From: Promethearchaeota archaeon
GTDB taxonomy: Archaea > Asgardarchaeota > Lokiarchaeia > Sigyniarchaeales > SOKP01
Reading direction: 5' to 3'
Assembly (NCBI GenBank): GCA_030603385.1
Contig: JAUVXW010000004.1
Location: forward strand, 1 to 64,000
Length of the DNA stretch: 64,000 nt
The notes beneath the pieces were generated by a model. That model did not search any database. It was not told the DNA's origin and saw only the letters and a program-made list of their open reading frames with translations. Below, piece by piece: positions 10,101-21,326 of the stretch (positions are counted from its first letter, which is position 1; each line of letters begins with the position of its first letter). A program made the position numbers and the translations under genes.

Positions 10101-11393
10101 TTAGGTTTTACCCTCTTCCGCTTTTTTTATTAATTCAACAACTCTGGTCATATGGGTATATCTATCATATACTTCAAATGGAATTCCAGTTTCTTCGCCA
10201 ACCTGTTTCATAAGTTCTAAACCTTGCTTCTCATTAGGACCGCCTCTACGCACGAATATTTTTACATTAGCCTTCTTCAACTTATCAACAGATTTTTTAA
10301 TAGCGCTAACAATTCCCGTAAAAGTAGCCTTCACATCTGTAAAATTAGCAATTCCTCCTCCAATAATAAGATATTTTGGTTTTCCTTGAGGATCAGGTTT
10401 TTCTGTTATTATATCTATAATTGTTTGAGCATAGATTTCAGTATGTTCGCGTGAGGGATTACCACTATATTCGCCATAATTCCCCAATTCACTCCCAAAT
10501 CCAAGATCAACTACAGTATCCGTATAAATAACTGAAGCTCCACCTCCTGCAACCATAGTCCATACTCGTCCATCCCTATTTAAGATGGTAAATTTAAGAG
10601 AGGCACCAGTTTTTTCATCTAATTCATGAATCATTGCTTCTTCCTCTGACATTGTTTGACCAAACCCCGCTGGAAATTCTATAGGATTATCTGTGTTACC
10701 CCAAGTATCACCATGCAAAAAAATAGCAGTATCATCCAAACGAGCTTTTACATCTAAAGGAACAATTTCCTTATCTTCGGTAATAGCAAATGGATTAATT
10801 TCAAAGAAAGCAAAATCTTGATCAACGTAAACTTGAAAAAGACCTTTTATAAAAGGAATTAGAACATCTTTATATTCGCCTAAATCTGGCAATTTTCCTT
10901 CTAAGTCAAAAGTATTTATATCCGTTCCAAGGGGAACAGGTACATGAATCACCTTATCCCAATTTTCTTCGACAAAAATGCCACCTTCAAAACTAAAGTG
11001 GATAATATCATTTTCCCTATCAGAAGTAATAGAAACATAATATTCTTTTTCATGAGGGATGAAAGGTTCGATAAGCAGGCGTTTTAACGCACCTCTAATA
11101 TTCCCAATTTCGCACACTCTATCTAAATTATCAACACAAAATTGTTTCATTTCATCACAATTCGCATCAAGTAGAAGTAAATTTGCTTTTCCTCGTTTTC
11201 CAAATAATTGATCAGGTTTAACAACTACTTTTTCTGTTTCTATCCAGGGATTATCCTTAACTAATTGTTCTAAATCAGTATCACATTCAGCAATAGCTAA
11301 TTTATTATGATATTTAAATTCTGCATAGTATTTTGGCAATTCTTTTGCTAAAAGCATTTTAGCATCATATTCATAAATATTTTTTTGAGCCAA
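10101..11393 (-). CDS. aclB: ATP-citrate lyase beta subunit (ATP-grasp and citrate binding), TTG start
   Basis: MAQKNIYEYDAK, VVKPDQLFGKRGK, GASLKFT.LN..GRVWTMVAGGGASV, NYGEYSGNP, GGGIANFTDV, RRGGPN. Confidence 0.95.
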   Translation of the reverse strand: MAQKNIYEYDAKMLLAKELPKYYAEFKYHNKLAIAECDTDLEQLVKDNPWIETEKVVVKPDQLFGKRGKANLLLLDANCDEMKQFCVDNLDRVCEIGNIRGALKRLLIEPFIPHEKEYYVSITSDRENDIIHFSFEGGIFVEENWDKVIHVPVPLGTDINTFDLEGKLPDLGEYKDVLIPFIKGLFQVYVDQDFAFFEINPFAITEDKEIVPLDVKARLDDTAIFLHGDTWGNTDNPIEFPAGFGQTMSEEEAMIHELDEKTGASLKFTILNRDGRVWTMVAGGGASVIYTDTVVDLGFGSELGNYGEYSGNPSREHTEIYAQTIIDIITEKPDPQGKPKYLIIGGGIANFTDVKATFTGIVSAIKKSVDKLKKANVKIFVRRGGPNEKQGLELMKQVGEETGIPFEVYDRYTHMTRVVELIKKAEEGKT

Positions 11394-11670
11394 ATTTCTC
11401 TAACTCTTTCTGTGATTATTATAATTTGATTAAAATAATAATTTGTATAGAATCCTTTGTCATATAAATTTTACTTGAGTTATAAACATGGGTAAATTTT
11501 CCCTTAATCTACATATTCAATGTTTCCCTTTAAAAAAAAAGAATAGGAGAACCAGTTTTCAATAGAGAAATTTGGCTCAATCCTTTTATAATACATAATC
11601 AATTAATTTAAAAGAACAAGATAACAATAATATCCTAATATTTATATTCTAAATAAATTGAGGGATTATA

Positions 11671-13029
11671 ATTCCTGATTATGATTTAATAATTATAGGA
11701 GCAGGTACTTCTGGCTTTCCTTCAGCTAAAATCGCTACAGGATATGGTAAGAAAGTTCTATTATTAGGAGAGGGCGCCTTAGGAGGTAAATGTATAGAAA
11801 ACGGATGTATTCCAGCTAAAGCGATGATTTATGCGGTAAAATTATATAAGCAAGCCATTAATGCAGAAAAATTTGGTGTTATTATAAAACGAGCGAGTTT
11901 AAATTTTAATAAAGTACTCGAATATACAGAAAAACTAGTTCATGATGCTATTCAAGGTAATGAACGTCAACTATCTCAGTTTGATAATATTGATTTAATC
12001 AGGAAGAAGGGTCATTGTGTAAGTGAATCCTCTGTTGAAGTAGGAAATGAAGTCTACACGGCACCAAATATTTTGGTATCTACTGGTACTAAACCTTGGA
12101 TCCCTCCTATTGAAGGAATTAATAACGTAGATTATTTAACACATGAAACAATATTCAATTTAAAGAAACTGCCAAAATCTATCGCTTTTGTTGGCGGAGG
12201 GTTTATCTCTTTAGAATTTGCGAATGTATTTAACATGTTTGGTAGTAAAGTATTTATCATTGATACAAATTCTCGTCCGATCTTCCAAGCAGATGAAACT
12301 ATATCAATCACAATAAAAAAGTATTATGAAGAAGATGGAATTACATTTATTTCTAATTCACGAACCTCAAAAGTTTCTAAATCGTCAGAAAGTATTTTCT
12401 TAGAAACTAATAAGGGGGAAACAATTGAGGTTCAAAAAATGATGTTATCAACTGGTTTTACTGCTAATACGGAAGGACTTAATTTAGAAGCTGCGGGTGT
12501 TGAGACTGATAAAAGGGGTAATATAATTGTGAACGATTATTTGCAGACCACTAAACCAAATATTTACGCTATAGGTGATATTTTAGGGAAAACTCAATTT
12601 ACTCACATGGCACTTCGAGAATCTAAAATAGTGATTCATAATATATTCGAAGAAAATAAGATCCCCGTTAGCTTTGAAAATATTCCTTATGCTGTTTTTA
12701 CAGATCCTCTAATTGGTTCAGTAGGGAAGACAGAACAAGAGTTAAAGGAAACAGGAGTAAACTATAAGGTTGTCCAAACAGAATTCCCTCGTTCTTCAAG
12801 GGGTAATTTAATGAAGCTTAAGCGTGGAATTGTAAAATTACTTTATAATGATAAAGAACAAATTTTAGGTTGTCATATAATTGGAGAACATTCCGATATC
12901 TTGATTCATGAGATAGTACCATTAATACACCTTCCAAATGGGTTGTCGATTTTCAGAAAATTAGTCCATGCTCATCCAACGTTACCAGAATTATTTCGAA
13001 ATCTACAAGAACAATTAGGCTTTTTTTAA
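11671..13029 (+). CDS. Dihydrolipoamide dehydrogenase-like pyridine nucleotide-disulfide oxidoreductase, probable ATT start
   Basis: The frame extends upstream of the annotated ATG (11824) through PDYDLIIIGAGTSG and the redox motif GGKCIENGCIPAK. An in-frame TGA lies at 11659 and there is no ATG/GTG/TTG before the motifs. C-terminal HPTLPE. Confidence 0.85.
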   Translation: MPDYDLIIIGAGTSGFPSAKIATGYGKKVLLLGEGALGGKCIENGCIPAKAMIYAVKLYKQAINAEKFGVIIKRASLNFNKVLEYTEKLVHDAIQGNERQLSQFDNIDLIRKKGHCVSESSVEVGNEVYTAPNILVSTGTKPWIPPIEGINNVDYLTHETIFNLKKLPKSIAFVGGGFISLEFANVFNMFGSKVFIIDTNSRPIFQADETISITIKKYYEEDGITFISNSRTSKVSKSSESIFLETNKGETIEVQKMMLSTGFTANTEGLNLEAAGVETDKRGNIIVNDYLQTTKPNIYAIGDILGKTQFTHMALRESKIVIHNIFEENKIPVSFENIPYAVFTDPLIGSVGKTEQELKETGVNYKVVQTEFPRSSRGNLMKLKRGIVKLLYNDKEQILGCHIIGEHSDILIHEIVPLIHLPNGLSIFRKLVHAHPTLPELFRNLQEQLGFF

Positions 13030-13126
13030 ATAAATTAAAGTTGAATAAAGCTATTACTAAAATTGTTATTCTTAAATCTAATCTAATATTGTTTTGTTAA
13101 GCCCCTGAATTGGATTGATCGGTAAT

Positions 13127-14098
13127 TCAAACACGTTTTGTTTTATTTTCTTCTACCGGATGTTTTTCTCTATAAGGTTTTGTTGTTTCTCGATAATATG
13201 ATTCTCCATGATTATTTAACAGTTCCCATGCCTGATTTAATTCTGGTGGCATATCTGGTATCCAAAAGCGATCGGGGATTGCTTCCGACGGATTCCACTT
13301 CCTTTTAATTTCAATATCAGCAGTTATAAATCCTTCTCCATCTTCACGCTTCATACGAGCTAGGATTTTCCCGCTTCCATCAACTATTTGGGTCTCTCCT
13401 ACATAATAAGATTTATATTGGAAATCTGGCATAAGTGGCATTTCACCAATAAAATCTCCAGCGTGAGCAGCGTGTATTACATGAACACCTAACATTCGAG
13501 CAAACTTAGCTGGCGTTTCTATCATCATCTCTAAGGTTTTAACTCGAAGTTCGGATGGAGACCCTCCAAGTGGTTGTTCGGGTAATGACCACCAGCATGA
13601 GCCTCCTACTACGATATCTACACGACCCAACATGCGTAAAGCTGTTCGAGATCGTACAAATTCCCAACACAGCACAGCACCAATATTCCCAATCTTAGTT
13701 TCAAGTACACCCTCATCTGTTCCACCAATATAATAGCAATTTTCCCACATCGTCGGTTGATCTTTATCATGGAAATGTAAAGAGCCATCTGGAAAAGCTA
13801 ATACAAAAGTATTGTAACTTTCCTCACCTCTCAGAGCAATAAGCGATCCACCGATAATACCATTATTTTTTTTAGCAAGGATACTAAGTAGTTGAGTTGG
13901 TTCCCCGTTAATAGGTCTAACAACATCTAGCATTTTTGGATGAAAACATACAGCACTTGTAAAAAATTCAGGTAAAATTATCAGTTCAGCACCTTCTTTA
14001 AATGCACTGCTAGCTAACTGCTTTGCAGATTTTAGATTTGCTTTCACACTCCCTAATTCTGCTGTCATTTGGACTGCTGCAACTCTCACTTCTCTCAC
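13127..14098 (-). CDS. Carbon-nitrogen hydrolase (nitrilase superfamily)
   Basis: AAVQ, LPE, YNT, K, CWE catalytic triad pattern. Confidence 0.9.
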   Translation of the reverse strand: MREVRVAAVQMTAELGSVKANLKSAKQLASSAFKEGAELIILPEFFTSAVCFHPKMLDVVRPINGEPTQLLSILAKKNNGIIGGSLIALRGEESYNTFVLAFPDGSLHFHDKDQPTMWENCYYIGGTDEGVLETKIGNIGAVLCWEFVRSRTALRMLGRVDIVVGGSCWWSLPEQPLGGSPSELRVKTLEMMIETPAKFARMLGVHVIHAAHAGDFIGEMPLMPDFQYKSYYVGETQIVDGSGKILARMKREDGEGFITADIEIKRKWNPSEAIPDRFWIPDMPPELNQAWELLNNHGESYYRETTKPYREKHPVEENKTKRV

Positions 14099-14127
14099 TT
14101 CGTTTTTAAAATATTATCAATTCTCTA

Positions 14128-14904
14128 TTAAATAGCTAAACCCCCTGTAACATTAAACTCCTGACCTGTAATATAATCAGAAGCGGGGGATGCTAAAAAC
14201 ATTAAAAGATTTGTCACATCTTCAACTGTCCCAATCCTACCCAATGGGATTCTTGTATTCCCTGCTTTCAACATAGTTCTTATAAGGTCTTCTGAATTTA
14301 GATATATGCCCGTAGTATGAATACCAGGTAATATAGTATTTACAGTAATTTTTGGTGCTAGAGCCTTTGCAAATAGTTTTGCCATTGCATTGACACCAAC
14401 TTTTGATATACAATATATTGGGAGTATAGGCGATAATTGTAAGGCGCCCATTGAAGATGTACATATTATTTTTCCCGCAAGAGGCTCAAACTGTTGTTTT
14501 CTCATTTTTTTTATTAAAGCATTCGCAACAAGCCATTGTCCCTTTAAATTTACGTCTAATATTCTATCCCAATCTACTTCCTTTACTCGTGTTATATCCC
14601 TGAGAGAATAATCTGCGATACCTGCATTATTAAATAATATAAAAACATTATCTAATTCTTCAAAGGTTTGTTTTGCCATTGCTTTTACTTGATCAGACTT
14701 TGAAACATCACATATAATGGGCACTACCTTACGACGTGATTTTTCTGCAACTTTTTTAGCAGTTTCTTCTAAAAGTTCTTCATTAATATCTAATAAAACG
14801 AGATCTGCTCCTTTTTCAGCAAGAGCATAGGCTGCACCTCGTCCAAAACCAGAAGCTCCACCAGTGATCAGAGCTCCTTTCCCTTCAAGAAATTTTTCCT
14901 TCAT
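14128..14904 (-). CDS. Short-chain dehydrogenase/reductase
   Basis: TGGASGFG, NNAG, YCISK (YxxxK), PLGRIG, YITGQ. Confidence 0.92.
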   Translation of the reverse strand: MKEKFLEGKGALITGGASGFGRGAAYALAEKGADLVLLDINEELLEETAKKVAEKSRRKVVPIICDVSKSDQVKAMAKQTFEELDNVFILFNNAGIADYSLRDITRVKEVDWDRILDVNLKGQWLVANALIKKMRKQQFEPLAGKIICTSSMGALQLSPILPIYCISKVGVNAMAKLFAKALAPKITVNTILPGIHTTGIYLNSEDLIRTMLKAGNTRIPLGRIGTVEDVTNLLMFLASPASDYITGQEFNVTGGLAI

Positions 14905-15068
14905 TTAAAAACACCTTTTTTAGAATTACATTATTCATATTAGATTTTTTCTTCTAATAAAGGTTAATAATTTGAAGCTTGATTTGGAATTTTCCAATTA
15001 TGATTTAATAAAAGATAATATTATTATATTATAATATTCAATTTCAGAAGTTTTAGTATTGAATTATT

Positions 15069-16586
15069 ATGGCAAAAATAATAATAGACACAAAAATTGA
15101 AGCATCAGAACAAAAAAAAATCAGCAAACACATTTACGATCATTTTGCTGAGCATTTAGGACGCTGTATTTATGATGGGATATGGGTTGGAGAAGATTCT
15201 TCAATACCTAATACAAATGGAATAAGAAATGATATCGTGCATGCACTGAAAAAAATTAGGATCCCAAATTTACGCTGGCCAGGGGGTTGCTTTGCTGATG
15301 AATATCACTGGAAAGATGGTGTTGGTTCTCGGGAAGATAGACCTAGACGAATAAATACTCACTGGGGTGGCGTTATCGAAAATAATCATTTTGGAACTCA
15401 TGAGTTTCTAGAATTGTGTGAACAACTTGATTGCGAACCTTATATTTGTGGAAACGTAGGCAGTGGAACTATTGAAGAAATGTCTCAATGGATTGAGTAT
15501 ATTACTTTTGAGGGGAATAGTACTATTACAGAACTACGAAAGAAAAACGGGAGAGAAAAACCATGGCGTATAAAATATTGGGGCGTAGGAAATGAGAATT
15601 GGGGCTGCGGGGGACATATGACAGCAGATTATTACTCCGATTTATTTCTACGTTATTCAACTAATTGTAAAAATCTTTCTGGGAGTAAGTTATATAAGGT
15701 AGCTTGTGGTCCTGTAGGAGAATTTCCACTAGACTGGGTACTACAATGGGTTGAGACAGTAATGAAAAAAACTTCAATTGCGACTCTTTTTTCTCCATTA
15801 ATTCATGGTTTATCATTACATTATTACACTCGAGTAGGGGCTCAACCAGCGACAGTAATGAATGAAAAAAGATGGACAGTTGCAATGGAAAGGGCTCTTT
15901 ACATGGATAAACTTCTCTCAGAAATTAATATTATAATGGATAAGTATGACAAATCTAAAAAGATAGAAATAATTGTTGATGAATGGGGTGCTTGGTGGGG
16001 AAATGAAAATAATACCAATCCATGGTTCTTTTATCAACAGAATACTATAGCTAGTGCTTTAATTGCATCCTTACACCTAGATATCTTTCATAAACATTGT
16101 GCACGTGTACACATGGCAAACCTCGCTCAAACTGTAAACGTTTTACAATCAATAGTTCTAACTAAAGAAGAAGAAATGCTTTTGACTCCGACATACCATG
16201 TTTTTGATATGTATAAAGTACATCAAGACAGTATGTTATTACCAATTAAAATTGAATCTGAGAATTACAAACATGGGAGAAGAACCATACCTGTCATTAA
16301 TGGTTCAGCTTCAGTTGATTCTGACAATCAAATGCATATATCATTGAGCAATATTAATCCCAGTCAAGACGTTGATACTGAAATTCAATTTAATGATTTT
16401 AATTTGGAAAATTGCGAATTAACAGCTAAGATCCTTCGAAGTGAGCAATTAAATGCACATAATACTTTTGAAGCACCTGAAACTGTTAAACCTGAAAAAT
16501 ATGTTAAAGAGAACTTTAACATAAGGGGGAGTAATATTTTCTTTAAAATGCCCTCAAAAGCAATTTTGGTCATTCAATTAAAATAA
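15069..16586 (+). CDS. abfA: Alpha-L-arabinofuranosidase (GH51)
   Basis: EHLGRCIY, RWPGGCFADEYHW, GNENWGCGG, DEWG, MANLAQTVNVLQ. Confidence 0.93.
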   Translation: MAKIIIDTKIEASEQKKISKHIYDHFAEHLGRCIYDGIWVGEDSSIPNTNGIRNDIVHALKKIRIPNLRWPGGCFADEYHWKDGVGSREDRPRRINTHWGGVIENNHFGTHEFLELCEQLDCEPYICGNVGSGTIEEMSQWIEYITFEGNSTITELRKKNGREKPWRIKYWGVGNENWGCGGHMTADYYSDLFLRYSTNCKNLSGSKLYKVACGPVGEFPLDWVLQWVETVMKKTSIATLFSPLIHGLSLHYYTRVGAQPATVMNEKRWTVAMERALYMDKLLSEINIIMDKYDKSKKIEIIVDEWGAWWGNENNTNPWFFYQQNTIASALIASLHLDIFHKHCARVHMANLAQTVNVLQSIVLTKEEEMLLTPTYHVFDMYKVHQDSMLLPIKIESENYKHGRRTIPVINGSASVDSDNQMHISLSNINPSQDVDTEIQFNDFNLENCELTAKILRSEQLNAHNTFEAPETVKPEKYVKENFNIRGSNIFFKMPSKAILVIQLK

Positions 16587-16626
16587 AAATAATAATAAAT
16601 TTATTGATTTTATTTAGGTAATAGTT

Positions 16627-19317
16627 ATGATAAAGCCACCGTACAAATTAAGATGTGAATATGTTGAAAATCCAATTGAAATAGATACACCATTTCCACG
16701 GTTTTCATGGATTTTGGAGCATGAACAAAGAAATCAATCTCAATCAGCTTATCAAATCATTGTTTCTTCTGAAGAATCCCTCTTAAATTCAGAGAAAGGT
16801 GATCTGTGGGATACTGGAAAGATCATTTCAGAAAATAATATCAATATAGAATATAATGGTAAACCATTGAAAAGTAATGAAATGTATTTTTGGCATGTAA
16901 AATGGTGGGATAAAGATAATTCAGAAAGCAGCTTTAGTAGATTTTCATCTTTTGGGATGGCACTTTTAGAAAAATCTGATTGGAAATCAAAATGGATTAG
17001 CAAAAAAGATTTTGTTGATAAAAAGACAAGGATAAGTTTGCAGTACAAATCAGGAGGAGTAGGTCTTTTTGGCAGATTAAAAGAAGTCAATGCAATCTAT
17101 TTAAGAAAAGAATTTAATGTAGAAAAGCAAATTGAAGCAGCAAAACTCTATATAAGTGGCTTAGGATATTATGAATTGAGACTGAATGGGAAAAAGATAG
17201 GAGATCGAATTCTAGAGCCAGCACAGACGGATTACAACAAAATCGCCCTTTATTCCACATACGATATAATTGATCATCTACAAGAACGCAACGCCATTGG
17301 AGTGATATTAGGAAATGGGCGATGTGTTGAACTTTATGGGTACGATTTTCCTAAACTTATAGTTCAGATTCAAATTCAATATACCGACGGAACAAGCGAA
17401 ATTATATGCACTGATGAGAGTTGGAAGTTATCAACTGGACCAATTTTGGAAAATGGAATCTATTATGGCGAAAAATTTGATGCCCGTCTTGAAATGCCTG
17501 GTTGGGATAATCCAAATTTTGAGGATTCTGCTTGGGATAATGTATCTGTAGTTGAGGGTTATAATTTAGCTTCCCAGTTAATGCAGCCTATCCAAATAAC
17601 AAAAGTTATGACACCTCAAAAAGTGGAGAGTCCACAACCAGGAATGTATATATATGATTTTGGTCAAAATTTTACTGGATTTATTCGCTTAAAAGTTCAA
17701 GGTCCTAGAGGATGCCAGGTAAAAGTAAGATTTGCCGAATTGATAAAAGAAGACGGGACTTTAAATACTGCTACTAACAGAAGTGCTCCCGTAACCGATA
17801 TATATATTCTAAAAGGAGAAAGAGAAGAAATATATCAACCTCACTTCACTTACCATGGTTTCAGATATGTTGAGTTGACAGGATTTCCAGGTGTTCCATC
17901 AAAAGATTCTATTGAAGGATATTTTTTTCATAGTAATGTACCTAAGGTAGGTGAGTTCTTTTGTTCCAATGAATTAATCAATAAAATCCATACTAATATA
18001 ATTTGGGGTCAATTAAGTAATCTGATGAGCATTCCAACAGATTGTCCTCAGAGAGATGAGAGACATGGATGGATGGGAGATGCACAAATAGTATCTGAAG
18101 AAGCGATGTTAAATTTTGATATGGCCCTATTCTATACCAAATATTTACGAGATATACAATTATCTCAAAAGGAAGATGGTAGTATATCAGACGTTGTTCC
18201 ACCTCATTGGCCCATATATCCCGCGGATCCCGCATGGGGCTCTGCTTATATTACAATAGCATGGCATATATACTGGTATTATAGTGATATTCGAGTACTT
18301 AAAGAACATTATGAATCATTTAAGCTATACATTGAATTTCTTTCAAATACTTCCAAAGACAACATTCTTTCTATAGGCAAATATGGAGACTGGTGCCCTC
18401 CAATGTGTATTGTTTCAAAAAGAACACCAATAGATTTGGTTTCAACCTGGTATTATTATCATGATACTCTTATATTTTCAAAAATCGCAAAAATCTTAGG
18501 AAATGATAAGGATTGCACTTATTATTCTGAAAAAGCAAAGGAAATTAAGGATGCTTTTAATCGAGAATTTTTAATGCATACTTACAAATATATTAAAGTA
18601 TCCTTTACGGATAGAGCAATAAGTCAAACGTCAAATGTACTTCCACTATCTCTAAATATGGTTCCTGAAAATAGAGAAAAAGAGATATTGAATTCCCTCA
18701 TAGAAGCTATAAGGGGACATTATGATTATCACATGGATACTGGGTTGGTGGGAACGAGATATATTCTTGAAGTGTTGACTGAAAATGGATATCCAGAAAT
18801 CGCATATAAGATGATAACTCAGACTAGTTTTCCTAGTTTGGGTTATATGATAAAAGAGGGGGCAACAACCATATGGGAACGATGGGAAAAACTTGAAAGC
18901 TCAGGGATGAATTCACAAAATCACATTATGCTGGGATCTGTAGATACATGGTTCTATAAAACATTAGCTGGAATTAAATCTTTAACACCCGGATGGAAAA
19001 CTTTTAGAATAAAACCATTTATATCAGAAGATATGAATTATGCTCAAGCTAAACTAAATTCAATTAAAGGACTAATTTACAGTGCATGGGAGAAAAAAGA
19101 TTTAAACTTCAAACTTACTGTAATCATTCCTGTTGGGTGTGATGCTGAAGTATGGGTTCCAATTAAAGATGAAAACTCACCAATTAAAGAGGGTGATACT
19201 GTTATTTGGGATCGTGAGGAAAGAGGAACCGGTCATTTAGGTATAACCTTTAAGTCAAAAGAGGATAATTATGTGGTGTTTAATATTGGTTCAGGTTATT
19301 ATGAGTTTTCTAGCTAA
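16627..19317 (+). CDS. Alpha-L-rhamnosidase (GH78)
   Basis: DFGQN, FTYHGFRYV, PTDCPQRDER.GW.GDA, GATTIWERW, SQNHIMLG. Confidence 0.93.
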   Translation: MIKPPYKLRCEYVENPIEIDTPFPRFSWILEHEQRNQSQSAYQIIVSSEESLLNSEKGDLWDTGKIISENNINIEYNGKPLKSNEMYFWHVKWWDKDNSESSFSRFSSFGMALLEKSDWKSKWISKKDFVDKKTRISLQYKSGGVGLFGRLKEVNAIYLRKEFNVEKQIEAAKLYISGLGYYELRLNGKKIGDRILEPAQTDYNKIALYSTYDIIDHLQERNAIGVILGNGRCVELYGYDFPKLIVQIQIQYTDGTSEIICTDESWKLSTGPILENGIYYGEKFDARLEMPGWDNPNFEDSAWDNVSVVEGYNLASQLMQPIQITKVMTPQKVESPQPGMYIYDFGQNFTGFIRLKVQGPRGCQVKVRFAELIKEDGTLNTATNRSAPVTDIYILKGEREEIYQPHFTYHGFRYVELTGFPGVPSKDSIEGYFFHSNVPKVGEFFCSNELINKIHTNIIWGQLSNLMSIPTDCPQRDERHGWMGDAQIVSEEAMLNFDMALFYTKYLRDIQLSQKEDGSISDVVPPHWPIYPADPAWGSAYITIAWHIYWYYSDIRVLKEHYESFKLYIEFLSNTSKDNILSIGKYGDWCPPMCIVSKRTPIDLVSTWYYYHDTLIFSKIAKILGNDKDCTYYSEKAKEIKDAFNREFLMHTYKYIKVSFTDRAISQTSNVLPLSLNMVPENREKEILNSLIEAIRGHYDYHMDTGLVGTRYILEVLTENGYPEIAYKMITQTSFPSLGYMIKEGATTIWERWEKLESSGMNSQNHIMLGSVDTWFYKTLAGIKSLTPGWKTFRIKPFISEDMNYAQAKLNSIKGLIYSAWEKKDLNFKLTVIIPVGCDAEVWVPIKDENSPIKEGDTVIWDREERGTGHLGITFKSKEDNYVVFNIGSGYYEFSS

Positions 19318-19339
19318 CAGAAAATGAAAAGAAGTAGAT

Positions 19340-20701
19340 TTAAAATATTTTTAAAACGTATGCAGCAGACTCGAATAAATCTTCTGGTAAAGTAACATTG
19401 ATGTTTTCGTCATCTTGATTCCATGCCAGATTCCCTTCGTAACCAAGTAATTGTATTTTTTTAGATTCCTCTAATGATATCGATAAAATTGTTAGATTAT
19501 TCCTTCGTGGTTTATCTAATAAATGAATGTATAGGATATCACCTTTCTGCGTAAATCTAAGCTCAATATCATATAGTGTTTTTCCTTCAGCTCTTTTCCA
19601 AGGTCGAGTTCCATATATTGCCTCACCATTTATTTTGAGCCATTTTCCAAATCCTAATAATGCTTCTTTTTGAAGTTCTGGTACTGTACCGTCAGCCATA
19701 GGTCCAACATTAAGTAATAGATTTCCATTTTTACTCACAATGTCTATAAACATTCGTATTAACTCATCCGGTTTTAGGTAATCTTTTTCAGTTTCCATTT
19801 TATTATAACCAAACGAATAACCTATACCCCGAGTACTCTCCCATTTTAATTCGGTTATGTCAGGCATCATCCTATATTCTGGAGTCGCAAAATCTCTATG
19901 TCTAACTTTTGGATGCTTAAATTCTGATTTATGAAATTGAATCCATCTGTCATTAATAACACCATCAGGATGTTTATTATAAAAATACGCAAAAATTTCG
20001 TAAACATTTGTATTTGGGGGATATCCTATATCATTCCATAGAATTATAGGATCATACTTATCCATTAACTCATACCAATGGTGATTAGCATATTTTGTAT
20101 ATTCTATTTCACTTGGACCATTTATTCGCCAACTTTCATCATCCGTTATTGGATTTGGATTCCAAGACCAATCTAATGCTCCAGAGTAGTAAAGACCCAT
20201 CCTTAATCCCTTACTTTTAACAACTTTTGTAAGTTCTCCCACAATATCACGACTAGCATAATAATTTTCATTTTTGGGATTTGGGTACCTACTAGGCCAT
20301 AGGAGGAATCCGTCATGATGTTTTGTCACTAGCACAACATATTTTGCACCAGCTTTTTTGATTAGGTCAGTCATCTCTTCTGGATCCCATTTTTTTATCT
20401 CATCATTAAAAATCTCTGCAAATCTATCATAAGAAAAGTCATCACCATAATTTTCTTTATGATATTTTTGAGTGGGGCTTCCCTCAATCATTAATGAATT
20501 TAAGTACCATTCGGCATAAGGATTATTCTTCATATGGATATCTACTCCTCTTTTCTGGGATTCACCTAAAGTTAATTTTTCCGCAGCAAAAGCAGGAACA
20601 GAAAAAAGTCCCCAGTGTATAAAAATACCAAGTTTAGCGTCATGGAACCACTTAGGGACTTCATGTTGTTTTAATGATTCTTTTTCAGGAATATATTTCA
20701 T
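19340..20701 (-). CDS. Alpha-L-fucosidase (GH29)
   Basis: WF.DAKLGIFIHWG, KHHDGF.LW, LWND, NLLLNVGP..DG, NGEAIYGTRPW. Confidence 0.93.
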   Translation of the reverse strand: MKYIPEKESLKQHEVPKWFHDAKLGIFIHWGLFSVPAFAAEKLTLGESQKRGVDIHMKNNPYAEWYLNSLMIEGSPTQKYHKENYGDDFSYDRFAEIFNDEIKKWDPEEMTDLIKKAGAKYVVLVTKHHDGFLLWPSRYPNPKNENYYASRDIVGELTKVVKSKGLRMGLYYSGALDWSWNPNPITDDESWRINGPSEIEYTKYANHHWYELMDKYDPIILWNDIGYPPNTNVYEIFAYFYNKHPDGVINDRWIQFHKSEFKHPKVRHRDFATPEYRMMPDITELKWESTRGIGYSFGYNKMETEKDYLKPDELIRMFIDIVSKNGNLLLNVGPMADGTVPELQKEALLGFGKWLKINGEAIYGTRPWKRAEGKTLYDIELRFTQKGDILYIHLLDKPRRNNLTILSISLEESKKIQLLGYEGNLAWNQDDENINVTLPEDLFESAAYVLKIF

Positions 20702-20748
20702 TTTTTATTAACTCTTTTTTTTATATAATCATGAATTAATAGAATTTA

Positions 20749-21044
20749 TTATAGGTTGCCATATAGAGGTCCAAAATTGGCACATGCACGATAATCGGCA
20801 CTTTCTAAATCTTCTGTGCCAAAAGCATTCCATGCACTCGGCCTAAATATGTTAATATTTTGAATATTGTGCATACACACTGGAATTTTTAGCATGGAAG
20901 CGAGAGTGATTAAATCAGAACCAATGTCTTGATTATTATTTCCCATTCTTTATCTTTCTGTTGCCTTGATTTTTGTACTTCTAACGGGTTAGTGTCTTTT
21001 CCTTCTTTACAATATTTTTTTACCCATTTTATAGCATTATGCTC
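20749..21044 (-). pseudogene. fucI: L-fucose isomerase remnant: two non-adjacent fragments joined out of frame
   Basis: Fragment 1 (about 21044-20928) [36 protein letters not shown] matches the FucI middle region. Fragment 2 (about 20927-20749) [20 protein letters not shown]...[26 protein letters not shown] matches the FucI C-terminus. Confidence 0.85.
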
Positions 21045-21326
21045 CTATATCAAAAGCTATAAATTTTGACATTTTATTATGAAAGAAAATTATGAGTATA
21101 GGATTTAAAATTTATTAAAATTTTACTTAATCTATTAAAACATTTTAAAATGGAACTTAAAATGGATCTCATCAAATTCAGTGTAAAAGCGATTTTTTAA
21201 TAGAAGAGAAATAATAAAATCTAAGATTAGTCTAAGACTCCATTAAAAGTTTACAATATTAAACTATATATTAAACCTTGATAGTATTATAATTATAAAA
21301 AAAAAAAATAAAAAGTGAAAAAAAAA

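Noticed and set aside
11671-13029. Mercuric reductase (merA) call
   Set aside because: There is no C-terminal Cys-Cys pair or metal-binding domain, and HPTLPE fits the E3-like group.
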